A DNA stretch of 63,938 bases, the filler included, from Jimgerdemannia flammicorona (Eukaryota), in NCBI GenBank assembly GCA_003990765.1. It is 2 parts of 2 records of this genome, joined end to end, with 100 filler letters (N's around TTAATTAATTAA, not from the genome) between each part and the next. Parts side by side here need not be neighbours in the genome. Positions count along the whole stretch, not along the records: positions 1 to 31,942 come from RBNJ01000370.1; 1 more part is not named here. One strand, written 5' to 3'. Below the pieces are notes generated by a model. That model was given only the letters and a program-made list of their open reading frames with translations. It did not search any database and was not told the DNA's origin. How positions within the stretch are numbered: position 1 is the first letter of the stretch; every line of letters starts with the position of its first letter. Positions 1 through 12,994 of the stretch are shown here, one piece after another. Made by a program: the position numbers and the translations under genes.

Positions 1-1220
1 TTTTAACAGACTCATGTCCCGCAGAATTTTATTGGAAGGGAACCTAGACTATATAGGCCAAAACCCTCCTCCACTACTCACCAAGCACTGCCCCCCCATT
101 AACCTAGATTAGCTATTGTCTAGCAGCTCAACTATGCTAGGTGCAGCAGGGCCTATATTGGCCTGCACCTCATTTTGTGCACCATACTCTCCCTACTATC
201 AGGGAAAACCCAACCATATGCCAACAACCAAAAGCACATGCCTGAGAACCCAATGTATGTACAAGGCCATGCCCAAGCCAAATAGAATAGCCCCTGCCAC
301 CCCAAAGAGAATGACAGGCAAAGAAAAACCCTCATCAAAGCACAACATAGTGGGTAGGGCCTAGTTCTCTCAGTTGAGATGAGTAAAGGACTTATACGTG
401 AGGTGGGAGGAAGCCTCCAATACCCCACTACTCAAGCCTATGGGTCTTGATCACATTGCCATATCAGCTCTCAGTTCTAGTTGAGTGCAGCCAAGACATC
501 TGAAATGGGTAGCCTCCAGCCCCCTGACCCTCTCTGATGACTGGGGCCCAACCCTGCTAACCGCCAAAAGAAGCCGAGAGTGATACCTACTACCTAACTA
601 TGCCACATCAATCAAAAGGCTCTACCAAAGCAGCACCTGCCCCAGCCCTGATGACTGCCCCCAGCCTGGTACCCTACTGGTTCACTGTTATCACTCTTTC
701 TCCTATCTGTGATGGCCATCTCCCCTCCCATCCTGACAATACCTGAAAAGTAGTCACCTATGCCAGAACTGTACTCACTGGGAAGCTCGCCAAAGCCAGA
801 GGGCTCCACCACAGGCACTGAAGACCTGTAGGTAACCTACACTGAGTACTTGATGCCCAAGGTCAGCTGACTCCCTATGTAGCCTGAGATACACTGAGAT
901 AACACCTTGTTGGTGATGGCAAAAGGAAGAAGGTGCCACACCAAAACAAGTATACCCCAGATGCAGCTGAAGGCACTAGAATCTATGAAAAAGTGGAGGA
1001 AGCACCGATCTGACACCAATAAAGAGGCAACTCATCACCATTGCCCTCCTCCCACTATGCCCCTGTAGGCACAGCAAACCAACTCGAGGTAGAGGGGGTA
1101 ATATTAGGGAAAAGGTGACTCAGAAGGTCACCTACCAAACCTTGTGACTAGTAAGGTAGTGGAGAAAGAAGCGACTGCCCTCTCTTTGCTATATCTGATA
1201 CTTTAAACTGAACCCTATAT
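1..1220 (+). mobile_element. 3' end of a decayed LTR retroelement: internal tail, polypurine tract and short putative 3' LTR (~1102-1220)
   Basis: Strongly CpG-depleted. Purine tract AGAGGGGGTAA (1091-1101) is followed by TATTAGGG and later by CCCTATA, which fits decayed TGTTAGGG...CCCTAACA termini. An ATAT run follows. No diagnostic protein motif was recognised. Confidence 0.4.
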
Positions 1221-2224
1221 ATATATACTCATCTTCACATTCTTCACTATTATCCTTTTCTGAATATTAGTCTATACTGTATAATTCTTCTTCTTCTCTT
1301 AGATCTCAAGTATACTATTATTATAGTACTACTGACTCTTCATCTCTCTGATTAATACTATTTTCTCCTTCTTCTCTCTCACTCTATCTCTAGTCTAATC
1401 ACTCATTTTTACTCCTTCTGAACCCTCTCTGGCCTCAGTTATCATTCTCTTCTTCAGACTAGCCAGCAGATCCCTCTGTCTCTTTCTCTTCTGAGCCTTC
1501 TCTTATATTATCTTATTTATATATATTGGCTTATCATTCACTATCTCCAAATATATTAATACTACATATATAAGCTTATTATACTACTATTTGATACTCT
1601 ACTATCTCACTGAGTTCTTTTAGAACCTTCAGCAAATTCTTCTTCTCTTCTTTACTCTCTTTTACCCTTATTATCTTATAAATAAAGATGTCTCACATTA
1701 GAACTAAAGACTAGTTCTTAGCCTTTCTAGTAGTCTCTCTTTCTATAAGCTGGAGCTATATATCTACATCTCCTATTATAAATGAGATCTCCTTCTATAC
1801 TCAGAATCCAATATCTATTATCTCTCTATATTCTTTTATAATCTTCTCAACCTTTCTCTTTATCTTGATAGTAGTTACTATAGATATCTCTTTTATTCAA
1901 AACTATACAATTCTTAGATTTTATCTCAGATACTGAGCCATTAGTACTATTACTTCACTAACTGATAACTCAGTCCTCATAATCTCTACTAATAGCTCCT
2001 CTTTCTTAAACTTCACCTCAACTCCCTTTAGCCTATATAAGAACTTCACCAAGATAGCTCTAGTCAGCTAGTTTGCAATTAGACCTAAGACCATCTTGAC
2101 TATTATTATCAGTCTCCAGAAATATAATATAATAGTGAATTCTAAGATTGACTTCTTGAGTAATAGAGCTATTACCAGGTCCATTATACTATTTATCAGA
2201 TTTCTCTTTCTTGTATACTCCATC

Positions 2225-2596
2225 TAGTACTCCCAATGAATTAAATCAAAGGTCTAATTTAATTTATTTCAAATCAAATCAAAGATTCAATTTGATTCAA
2301 GATTTGATTCAAACTCTATTTTTTGAAATATAATAACTTAATAAAAATATGTCTAAATTTAATAATCTTTAGCTTGTTAGATTTCTCTATATAAAAGAAA
2401 TTAAACAAGCCAAAGATTATTAAATTTTGACATATTTTTATTAAGTTATTATATTTCAAAAAATAGAGTTTGAATTGGACCCTCAATTTAATTTGATTCA
2501 ATTCAATTTAAACTTGATTTGAATTGAAAAATTCTCAATTTAATTTAATTCAAATGACTATTAATTCAATTTAATTCAATTTATTTGAAAGTACTA
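2225..2596. mobile_element. hAT-type foldback MITE (C-to-T decayed)
   Basis: Termini TAGTACTCCCAATGAATT / AATTTATTTGAAAGTACTA are inverted repeats. The centre (~2312-2470) is a near-perfect hairpin. The 8-bp flanks ACTCCATC / GCTCTATC differ by two transitions, consistent with a decayed 8-bp TSD. Confidence 0.75.
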
Positions 2597-3099
2597 GCTC
2601 TATCTACTCAGTCTTATTATCAATAGTTATATGTATATCTGGATTTTTTTCCAGATCTACTATTATTTTTTTATTAGCAGTTACACTCTGACTACTTATC
2701 TTAGACTCTCTATCCTCTATATTAACTCTACTAGATAAAATCTCTTCAGCTTTCTACACTCTTAACTTTCTCTTCTCCTCTTATCATTTACCTCTAGTAC
2801 TATTAGACCAATTTTCCATCTTTATCTTATTGGTAAAACTCAACTACTCTGACTCCTTACTGCCCAAGCTCTCTTTAGTATCTCTCTACTCATTAGTACT
2901 ACTGAAAAAGCCTATCTCTATATTATATCTCCTCCTGACATACTGCTAGCTGAATACTTCAAGTTCATCTAACTCAGTATATCTATTAGAACTCTTAGTC
3001 ATTATTATATTATTAATATATTTTCTCTAAAAATTATATAAAAAATATTATAAGTTATTTATATAATATAAATTATATTAGAGAAAGACATACTTATCT

Positions 3100-3470
3100 G
3101 GCTTATTTATTTATTTATTTTATTTATCTATTCTATTTATCTCAATTATTAATCTTAAGTATCTATCTCAATTATCTATTATCTATCTTATTTATCTTAT
3201 TTATCTATCTATTCAGTTTATTTATTTTATTTATCTTAATTATCTATCTTAATTATCTATTATCAATATATCTTATCTATTTTATTTACATATCTATCTC
3301 ATCTATCTCATTTATATATTCATCTTATTCATTTATCTTATTTATCTATCTATCTCTATCTATCTATCTCTATCTATCTATCTTATTTATCTCTATCTCA
3401 ATTATCTATTTATCTCATTCATCTGTTTATCTTATCTATCTGTCTATTTTTATTATTTATCTCAATTATT
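3100..3470. repeat. Low-complexity (TATC/TTAT)n microsatellite-like tract at the start of an extremely AT-rich block extending to ~4360
   Basis: Directly visible repeats of tatc and ttat. Confidence 0.85.
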
Positions 3471-4399
3471 TATTTTACTAATATATTCTAAGTTTCTACT
3501 TATATATTTAATATATATTTAGTAGTTATATAGTAATTAGCTTCTTTATCATTTTAGTCTCAGTTTTATTTATTAAATTTTTATTTATTAATCTTAATTA
3601 TTAATCATTTTAGTTTTAGTCTTATTTCATTAATTTTTAGTATTTTACTAATTAAGAATTAATAGTTATAAAATAAAGTTATGCAAATTTATTCTATATC
3701 TTATTCAGCTGAAAACCTCTATAGCTAAGATAAGATACTTAATATTGAGAAAAGATAAAAATATTCTGATAGAGTTTTAATACTAAGAGAAGATTTTTAG
3801 ATATTTAAAAAGTATTAAAACATTATAGAATATTTAAGAAAAGATAAGAAATAACTAGAGTAAAGAAATAATAATAAACTATATTGACAAATCTAATATA
3901 ATAAAAAATATTAAATTTAAATATATATTTTTATTATTTATTATACTTTAAAGTTTGAAAAAAAATTTAAATTAAATTTAGAACTATAGTAGTTATAATA
4001 TTTTTAATAAATTATATTATATTTAAAAAACTCAAATAAAAATTTTAATTAAATCTAATTTAAATAACTTATTAATATTAAGATAATATTAACTTTTATT
4101 TAAAATTTAATAATTTTACTTTTTAAATAAAATTTCATAAATTATATTAAATATTAATTTTAATTATATAAATATATTCCTAAAACTATAATATATTACT
4201 TAAAAAATATATATATTTATTTTTATTTTTATTTATTTATATGGTCCAATTTGGCTGTAAAATATATGATAATTCAGATATATTATAAATTCTCATTTTA
4301 GTCTTAATAGTAATATTATTTAGAATATTTAATAAAATTAATATTATAGAAAATAATTATCAACTCGGATAAGCCACACAACGTCCACAAGGTGGTCAT

Positions 4400-6275
4400 G
4401 TGTTCTGTCAGCTGATATACAAGCCACTAATATCAACAAGTGCTGGCCGATCGTCCCCAGCCTTCAAAGCACTGCTAATAAGAATCGGAATGTACACAAG
4501 GCATATTGATCGACCCGCGTCGATCATTTGATTCGAGGATTCTGGATTGGCCTAGTCCTGCGAGATTTTATCTCTGAAACGATACTAAGATTGTTCGATT
4601 ATATCTAGATGAAACGATTTATTCAGTTATAGAGGGTCTTCTTAGTACTCGATTATCTCTACGCTGTACTCAACTGTTACCACAACGACATACATATACC
4701 GAACTGTAGTCCTACGACCAGTCACATTTGTAGATTACGATTTATATAAACAATACAGTTTTCTCACATACCTGCATACAATCCTTCATAATTGTGCTTT
4801 TTATTTGATTACATTTTCTATGTTGTATGTACTCTGGACGTGGGACTGGGAAATAATGGTGTATTTGACACACTCTCACGCGAGCCAATTTACTCGTTGT
4901 CAATACACATCGCTGTAGTTGCACCCACCAGCGCAAATAACAAAGAATTCGACAGGGTCCTATCCGCAGCGCAAGGGGCCTGGGAGAACTACGTCGGCCA
5001 AATAGTAATCGTCCACCCAACCTAGTTCGGCCACAGTCGCTCAAGTATTTGGACAGCAAGACCTGACTCCTACACCAATAACCCGTTCGTCGCCACCAAT
5101 ACTTACCTAATGCAGCAATTCCGATCGGTACGACTACACCGATCACGCCTTGGCAACGCTAGCAATGAGGATATAACGGGGGTAGTAAGAAAGGCGGTAA
5201 GTGCGGCAATGAACAAAAAATACAACAGCGACGAATGACCAACATCCGCCAGTACTATGGATGCATGTTGCTGAGCTCTGTCCACTCAGGAACGGCAACC
5301 ACGGGAGCCAGTAGTAGCCCAAACCCAACCCGATTACCGGCGCGAACTGCTTGCCCGTCACGGTTACCTCTATAATTCTGACCCCCACCGCATATCACGT
5401 AAGCGTCCCCTAACTAATGAAGCTTACCTGACAAGAATGTCCGTCCGTTTCAAACCCATAGCATGAAAACCGACGTATAAGTGTCAAGGACGATAGGCGG
5501 AGCACTTGACAGCAGGACGGCAATACCTCGGATGACGACGACGAAGGAGGCGGAGAGGTCGACACGCAGTCTATCACTTTGAAAGTGGAGCCATCAGTCA
5601 ATACGGAACTGGCCGCTGACCTAGAGAAGACCCAGCTCACGACCTTATGACCGTCATTAATGACACTTCGACGATGAAGAAACGGTCAGCACGCAAGTAA
5701 TCAATAGGAGGACAGTCGTCTCCAGTCAAGAACACTCGTTAGTAATGGAGACAGTTCGCGAACCATACTCCACGAAGAAGAGGAAGTCAGTGTGCAAGCA
5801 TTCGACACGGAGCCAAACCCTTGTCAATACGGATATCAAAGTTAACCGCCGCGGACGATCTAGACGAAAGACCAATGGGCATTAAGAAAAAGATCAGCAC
5901 GGAAGCCGACAATGCTCGCAGACCCTGAAATAACTGACGCCGAGCGATGAACTCTCCCTTAAACCCTCTCACGGTGGCGGAAATAACATTTTGGCAAGAC
6001 TCCTGGTCCACCTCATTATATGGGACTCATTTTCACAAGCAACGATGCGTCATTTCCCATTCTCATTCGCACTTACCTATGTCCGAAAGCTCAGGTACCT
6101 GTGGATCATCCGTCATTGACGTCCGCGACGAAGAGGTAACTCATCGTGTTAGCAAACAGGTGCGCTTACGACGCTCATGGTTTCCGCTAGTCGTCGAAGG
6201 AGATCAGGAGCCGCCGTGGGAAGTGTTCGACAGAATTGTGTGGTCCCTTCCTCGTGGTGATAAGGTTTGCCCCAA
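4400..6275 (+). pseudogene. Module X copy A: degenerate Gag-like/zinc-knuckle-like coding segment
   Basis: Colinear similarity to 12995-15140 and 28660-30470, e.g. cagctgatat.caagccac, SREPIYSLSIHI, VNTELAADLEKTQL, gtggtgataaggtttgcc. Multiple frameshifts and stops. Confidence 0.7.
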
Positions 6276-7049
6276 TGAGGAAATTTTTGTATGCAGCCAT
6301 AACACGTCACGTAACTAACCTCTTGCATAGCTGCCCCTCGAATAATGTCACTTGAGGCGACTGTGTGATGAACTAGCAATAACGTTACACTGTTCAAATG
6401 CAAAAAGGAGAAGTGGGTTGGGGACGTGTTGCTAACTTGGATGGCAGCTGATGCATCTTTAAATACCAGAACTGTGAATGTGTAAAAGAGAAAGGGCCTT
6501 ATGTATACAAAATTTTCTAATAGTTATAAATAGACTTTGTTACTTGCAAACAGGAACTGTCACCTGGCTTCAGAGATAAAATCTCCGGTTATTCTGAACA
6601 CTGCCGATCTCCCAAGATAATAGAACCAGACATCTAATTAAAATGATCGACGAGGGTGCTGCCAAGGAAACACATATTGCGAGTTCGGTTAGACAGATCG
6701 ACGAGAGACACTTGTTGACATATATCGGTCTACATGCTCCAAACCAATACTCGAAGCGAAATAACTCACCTACACATTTATTCGAAATGCTCTGTTGCAA
6801 TGTTAAAACCCTTTAAATATATTAATGTTATGTGGAAGTATAAAATTCACACTTTTGGTTGGTAATAGTCTCGGAATGTCCCGTTGGTGCTGATCATATG
6901 ACGGGGAAATTGTACATCTCCATTGTCCATTGTTGTTGCTTCGTCGTACATCTCTATCAGTCATATCGACCTTTTGCGCGTGCATAAAGGACTACTTTGC
7001 ATTTAAACCGATAGTCCTGACTACAGGGTACATTATATACTTAACCAGC

Positions 7050-7751
7050 ATGTCCTCACTACAAGAGACATTGTCAACAACCCTCGGGGAAAATTTTTTG
7101 AACGAACCTTTCGAAAGTTACGACTTGAGAGAATTCTACTCCGAGATATCCCTCGCCCAGTCGCGGCGGCGCCCGACCTCACCCATCCCCCCAGCTGCCG
7201 ATACCGCCAATGCTGGTGCCAGTTCCGAGCCTATGTCCACCACACTGGCCAATACTTCGTCCGCCCCACTGACTAATCCTTCGTCCGCACCACTGGCTAA
7301 TTTTTTGTCTGCTCCACTGGCCAATCCTTCGTCCACTCCACTGGCCAACCCTTTGTCCGTCCCATTGGCCAATCCTTCGTCCGTCTCACTGGTCAATCCT
7401 TCGTCCGTCTCACTGGCGAATCCTTCGTCCTTTTCACTGGCGAATCCTTCGTCCACCCCACTGGCCAAGCTTTCGCCCACCCCACCGGCCAAGTTTTCGT
7501 CCACCCCACAGGCCAAGCTTTCGTCCACCCCACTGGCCAAGCTTTTGCCCGCTCCACTGGCCAATCCTTCGCCCGCCCCACCGGCCAATCCTTCGTCCCG
7601 TTCGAAGCCCGAAGCTTTACGGTATATTCCTTATGAACACGGGCACAGGAGGACGATAAATATTACCGAACCAAAATCGCCTAAAGCCTGTGAGGTCTGT
7701 CGCAAAGCACATAGACGGTGTAATGGAAAGCAGGCTAATTGCGAAAACAAG
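7050..7751 (+). CDS. First exon of a putative Zn-cluster (Zn2Cys6-like) protein with a Pro/Ser octapeptide repeat
   Basis: ATG at 7050 (MSSLQETL), about 15 PLANPSSx repeats, then ACEVCRKAHRRCNGKQANCENK, matching the first four Cys of the fungal binuclear cluster. A GT donor follows at 7752. A possible acceptor TTTGTAG at ~8179 would add EPGSESCVD. Downstream structure is uncertain. Confidence 0.6.
7243..7600 (+). repeat. 24-bp coding tandem repeat (about 15 copies)
   Basis: Unit ~CCACTGGCCAATCCTTCGTCCACC; frame preserved throughout. Confidence 0.95.
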
Positions 7752-8629
7752 GTCTGATCGGCGATGCTCGACCTTTCTATGCAAAAAAATAATCTATTTT
7801 GCGCCTATGCCTTTGCGATATTAACCATATAATATCTCGAAAAATAGCCTATGTCTTTCGAAGAATATCCAATTTATGCCTATTATTTGCTTCGTAATCA
7901 ATTTGTGATATTCTTCAATATGTAAATAATTTATGAACACGAAGCATATATGCCGCAAAAGTGGCCTATTGATTACACATTTTCAAAGTTGTAGTTAAAA
8001 AGCAATAACACCTTCTTACCGGAAGAATTATGACAGTAATTGGGTCTTTGTCACGGACGATAATTGACAAGAAAGCTTGATAATTTAAATGTTGAACAAA
8101 AGTGCTGCTTTACCCAAGCTCAAAAGAACATTTATGCCATTGAAATAAAACAATCTACAGAACTTCCGTGCATTTGTAGGAACCAGGATCCGAATCTTGC
8201 GTTGACGTATGAGTCTGTGTCGATTGGACAGAGGAATTGCAAAACGGAGTGCGGTGAGCGGTTTCAAACCGAATCGATAGGGCAATCAGACCAATAGCGT
8301 CCCCGATAGCAAAGGGAGCACAGTGTTCACCCATCAAACCCAATGATATTTTCATCGAATTAGACACGTTGTATTGGATGTGATACTCATCCCTGGGTTG
8401 GGCCTAGAGATGTATCTGTCGGCTGGCGGTCATCGCATAGATACAATGAACATTTCAAACTTTTGCATGAACGCATATTGCTCTTATTTATGATAGACCC
8501 AACAAAATCTGATCGCGAACAAGGTGACTTGGCGTGTGCAAAATCAGGACAACTCAACCAGTTTGCGGACCCTCATCGGGAATAGCTCACCAAAACGTAT
8601 GAGTTTTCCCAAGCCGCGTTTCCCGATAG

Positions 8630-10460
8630 AATTCTTGTTTCAGTTCCGCATCTTGTGCCCCTTGCGGACCTCTTTTTGGTTCCGCATCTTGTGCGCCTTC
8701 CGGATCTCTTTTTATTTCAGCATTTTGTACCCCTTGCGGATCTCGTTTTGGTTCCGCATTCTGGGGCCTTGCAGGATCTCTTTTTGATTCCGCATTCTGA
8801 ATCCTTGCAGGATCTCTTTTTGGTTCCGCATTCTGAAGCCTTGCAGGATCTCTTTTTGGTTCCGCATTCTGAAGCCTTGCAGGATCTCTTTTTGGTTCCG
8901 CATTCTGAATTCTTGCAGGAGCTCTTTTTGGTTCCGCATTCTGAATCTTTGCAGGATCTCTTTTTGGTTCCGCATTATGAATTCTTGCAGGATCTCTTTT
9001 TGGTTCCGCATTCTGAATTTTTGCAGGATCCTTTTTCTGAATTTTTGCAGGATCCTTTTTGGTTCCGCATTCTGAATTCTTGCAGGAACTCTTTTTGGTT
9101 CCGCATTATGAATTCTTGCAGGATCTCTTTTTGGTTCCGCATTTTGAATCTTTGCAGGATCTCTTTTTGGTTCCGCATTCTGAAGCCTTGCATGACCTCT
9201 TTTTGGTTCCGCATTCTGAAGCCTTGCAGGATCTCTTTTTGGTTCCGCATTCTGAAACCTTGCAGGATCTGTTTTTGGTTCCGCATTCTGAAGCCTTGCA
9301 GGTTCTCTTTTTGGTTCCGCATTCTGAATCCTTGCAGGATCTATTTTTGGTTCCGCATTCTGAGTTCTTGCAGGAGCTCTTTTTGGTTCCGCATTATGAA
9401 TTCTTGCAGGATCTCTTTTTGGTTCCGCATTTTGAATCTTTGCAGGATCTCTTTTTGGTTCCGCATTCTGAATCCTTATAGGATCTTTTTTTGGTTCCGC
9501 ATTTTGAATCTTTGCAGGATCTCTTTTTGGTTCCGCATTCTGAATAATTATAGGATCTCTTTTTTGTTCCGCATTCTGAATCCTTGCAGGATCTCTTTTT
9601 GGTTCCGCACTCCTTGCAGGATCTCTTTTTGGTTCCGCATTCTGAGATCTCTTTTTGGTTCCGCAATCTGAATTCTTGCAGGATCTCCTTTGGTTTCGCA
9701 TTCTGAATCCTTGCAGGATCTTTTTTTGGTTCCGCATTCTGAATTCTTGCAGGATCTCTTTTTGGTTCCGCATTCTGAGATCTCTTTTTTGGTTCCGCAT
9801 TCTGAGATCTCTTTTTGGTTCCGCATTCTGAATTCTTGCAGGATATCTTTTTGGTTCCGCATTCTGGGCCTTGCAGGATCTTTTTTTAGTTCCGCATTCT
9901 GAATTCTTGCAGGATCTCTTTTTTGGTTTCGCATTCTGAATTCTTGCAGGATCTCTTTTTGGTTCCGCAATCTGGGCCTTGCAGGATCTCTTTTTGGTTC
10001 CGCATTCTAGGCCTTATAGGATCTCTTTTTCTGGCTCTTACATGATTTCTTTTTGGTTCCGCATTCTGGGCCTTGCAGGATCTCCTTTTGATTCCGCATT
10101 CTGGGCCTTGCAGGATCTCTTTTTGGTTCCGCATTCTGGTTCTTGCGGGATCCCTTTTTGGTTCCGAATTCTGGGCCCTTGAAGGATTTATTTTTGGTTT
10201 CGCATTCTGGGCTCCTTGCAAGATCTCTTTTTAATTCCGCATTCTGAGCCCTTGTAGGATTTCTTTTTGGTTCCGCATTCTGGGGGGTTTTTGTGGATCC
10301 TCACGAGCAACTTATTTGGGTTCCACATTCTGGACCCTTGTAGGATCTCTTTTTGGTTCCGCACCTGGGGTTTTTTGAGATCTTCATGAGCAACTTATTT
10401 GGGTTCCACATTGTAAGATCTCTTTTTGGCTCCGCATTTTAGTATGTCTTTTGGTTCCGC
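8630..10460. repeat. 36-bp minisatellite array, roughly 50 units
   Basis: Consensus TTGCAGGATCTCTTTTTGGTTCCGCATTCTGAATTC. A variable hexamer (GAATTC/GAAGCC/GAATCC/GGGCCC-like) and some shortened units occur, but there are no unique spacers. Confidence 0.95.
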
Positions 10461-10789
10461 AATGTGTGACTCGTAAAAATTTATGGACTGCGAACCCATT
10501 TTTGGGGGGAGGGGGGACAAGGATCCCATAAGAAGCAAATTTTAACGCATTCCTGTTTTAGCTCCGCAAGACTACGATGCCGCAATGCCGCGCCCACACC
10601 ATTTGATTCAGGATCCCAGTTGTCAGTACTTAGCGATGGAATTTGTAGACCCTTTTTTGGCTTCTGCATTTATTACGCGATCCTCATGTGATTACGCCCA
10701 GCTTGAGGTTATTGTCTTATAAATGACTCCCCAACACCGTGGAAAATCGGTTTGGCACTGCCAATACATTCTGACAAGAGATATTCCGC

Positions 10790-12710
10790 AGAATTCGACA
10801 CGGTACCGCAAATCTCTGATAGTAGCTCTCAATACGCGGAACCGTCGGGAACACTTGCCTGAAGATCTTTTCAACGTGGAGATTTTGACACGCTATAGCC
10901 ACTTATATCCGATCATTCAATTCACCAACCACGTCGAATTCCCCAACAGCAGTGTCTTGTATGCGTTTTCTGCTTTTCCCTGTGGATTCGGGTGGTGTTT
11001 CAAGTATTCAGCAGAAGCTGTTGAGGAAACGGTTTCCAATGTTTAGGCCTCAGATGACGTCTGTGTTGTTTATTTTCTCAATCTTTGTTCCTACGAAGGA
11101 ACTAGGAGTACGTTTGTCCGCATTGCCGGGAGAACAGCCGAGTGAATTGTGTTGAGATTGCAGAACCGTTTTTGGAGGCCGTCGTACCAAGTAAGTATGA
11201 GTACAAGCTACGCTCACTGGTGTTGATCCCCGGGAAATATGGTGACTGAAATTTAACATCCGCTCGCACGAAGTTCTTCGTGATATTCGCGTTCTATTTT
11301 GTCTACTGTGCGCTCTTCACAATGTCACTCGAACTCGAAAAGAAAGAGCCCAAAAAAAATCAAATGTCTGAAGAGCCGAAACGGTATTCTGGGGTCGTTT
11401 GTGAGATGGCAGTCCTGTCCATCATTACAGAGTTGCCATGGTTTCCGAGGATACATTGTCACTCCATCCAACGTCTTTGAGCTCGGTACATTCATCCTAC
11501 CAATCGTATACGTAAGAAACCTCATGCTTGGTGAACCCATGCCAATTCTTCTCCGTCCAACAAGTGCGCTTTTAGGCTGGTTTCGGCTGGTGAGTGTGTT
11601 TCCATGTGTGTGTGTGTGTGTGGGGGGGGGTTAGGGTAGAGAGCAGTGGCTTGCCGTCATCTGGCCAAGTGACTTATAATTGAACCTTGCTTCACAACAC
11701 ATGTGCGTAGATACCAATCGGACCCCAGCATTACGTGCGTGATGTTTATCTTTGTCGTGGTAACCAACACCCTGTCCCTTAACATCTTCATCGCACTTCG
11801 TGAGTAGACAGATCTTATTTATTCAGAGAAGGTTTGTGAATTTTGCATTTAATTAAATCAAGTGAATATTCGGATTGCATTGAGGAAAAAAAACCTAAAC
11901 TAATCGCACTTTTCCAAAATTACTGCCCTAGTCGAATCTGGACAACGTCTTTGACTCCTCCTGTTTGTCCAAACTGTTGCCGATATTAAGCTTCACCCAT
12001 TTCTCGATGTTTATTGGCAGCGGCATGCTGGTTCCCACCTTGTGTTTACTACATCAGTATGTATGCGCCTGATTGTATTTAATTGACTTCGAGAAAACCT
12101 GATGTCTTATGTTTTATTTATTTTATTTATTTATTTTTCCAAATGGTAGCGCATGATGTTGAAATCGAAGCTTACGGAAAACAGCCCACAAAAATCAGGA
12201 GGACCAAGATGAGGTTCAACAACGGAAAATCCTGACGTGGGGCCCGGCCGAGCAGTTCAGGTTTCGCACCATCATAACTGACCCAATGTTTCATATTCAT
12301 CGCCTCTTTCATATACACAGCATTTGAAAATATTCTCGACGTAGTCGAGGCTCTGTTTAACTGGATCGATTGGACCATCTTCCCTTCAAACGGGGACAGA
12401 CGATCGACAGGCCTTCTCCTCAGATTGGTGGTACGGTGAGTGCAAGAGCAGGTAGGGGATTTTTCCCTCTAACTTTTTTGGTCTCTGCACAGAGGAATCG
12501 CAATATCTTTCCATGGTTTCAGAACCTAACATGTCCAATATGAGGTTGAGCACTGAGGCGCTGACCAACGTGCAGAATGACGGGAGGATATTGAGACTAA
12601 GATAATCGTGCCTGTTGCCATTTGCGCTTGGGGGCTGGGTTGCGTTTGTGTATTTTCTGGAAAAATGTGGTATATTTCTAATTTTTTGAAGCATCAATGA
12701 CGCTGTAGAC
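10790..12710 (+). pseudogene. 5'-truncated, frameshifted copy of the TRP-like/SH3 gene lacking exons 4-5
   Basis: Matches 19660-22250 (VEILTRYSHLYPIIQFTNHVEFPNSS, YIVTPSNVFELG, LRPTSALLGWFRL, SH3 remnant WWYGECKSR*GIFPSNF). Introns are retained. Frameshifts and stops present. Confidence 0.9.
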
Positions 12711-12714
12711 AATA

Positions 12715-12805
12715 TGACGTGGCCACTTTTAAAATCTTACCTCTGGTGGCTTAGTATGACTAAGAAAAACAGGAAGAAAATAAGATTTTAAAAGTGGCCG
12801 CCTCA
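12715..12805. mobile_element. 91-bp MITE with TA target-site duplication (Tc1/mariner-type)
   Basis: TIRs TGACGTGGCCACTTTTAAAATCTTA / TAAGATTTTAAAAGTGGCCGCCTCA, flanked by TA on both sides. The paralogous sites at ~28460 (gacaacatgtcatc) and ~22266 are empty. Confidence 0.85.
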
Positions 12806-12994
12806 TATGTCATCAAAAGCTGTACCATTGTCAAGCGATCTGTTTTAACACAATAAAGATTCTAACAATTCTGCCATTCTGAAGGATCTTAGAATATGAA
12901 AAGAGTTTTACATCATTCTCTTATTTATTTATTTTACCACAAACGAGACTCTTATTATAAAAATGGCATTGTTCCAAGTTTCGACACCGGAATC

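Noticed and set aside
1230..3050. Decayed coding sequence on the minus strand around the MITE
   Set aside because: Strand-biased composition suggests an old TE ORF, but no motif could be recovered by eye.
7136..7588. Antisense ORFs (LASGVDEG and WPVGWTKA repeats)
   Set aside because: Shadows of the 24-bp coding repeat on the plus strand.
8630..10460. CRISPR array or repeat-protein genes (ORFs of 338 and 362 aa)
   Set aside because: Units are contiguous with no unique spacers, there are no cas genes and the context is eukaryotic. The ORFs switch peptide register at unit indels and arise only because the unit lacks stop codons.
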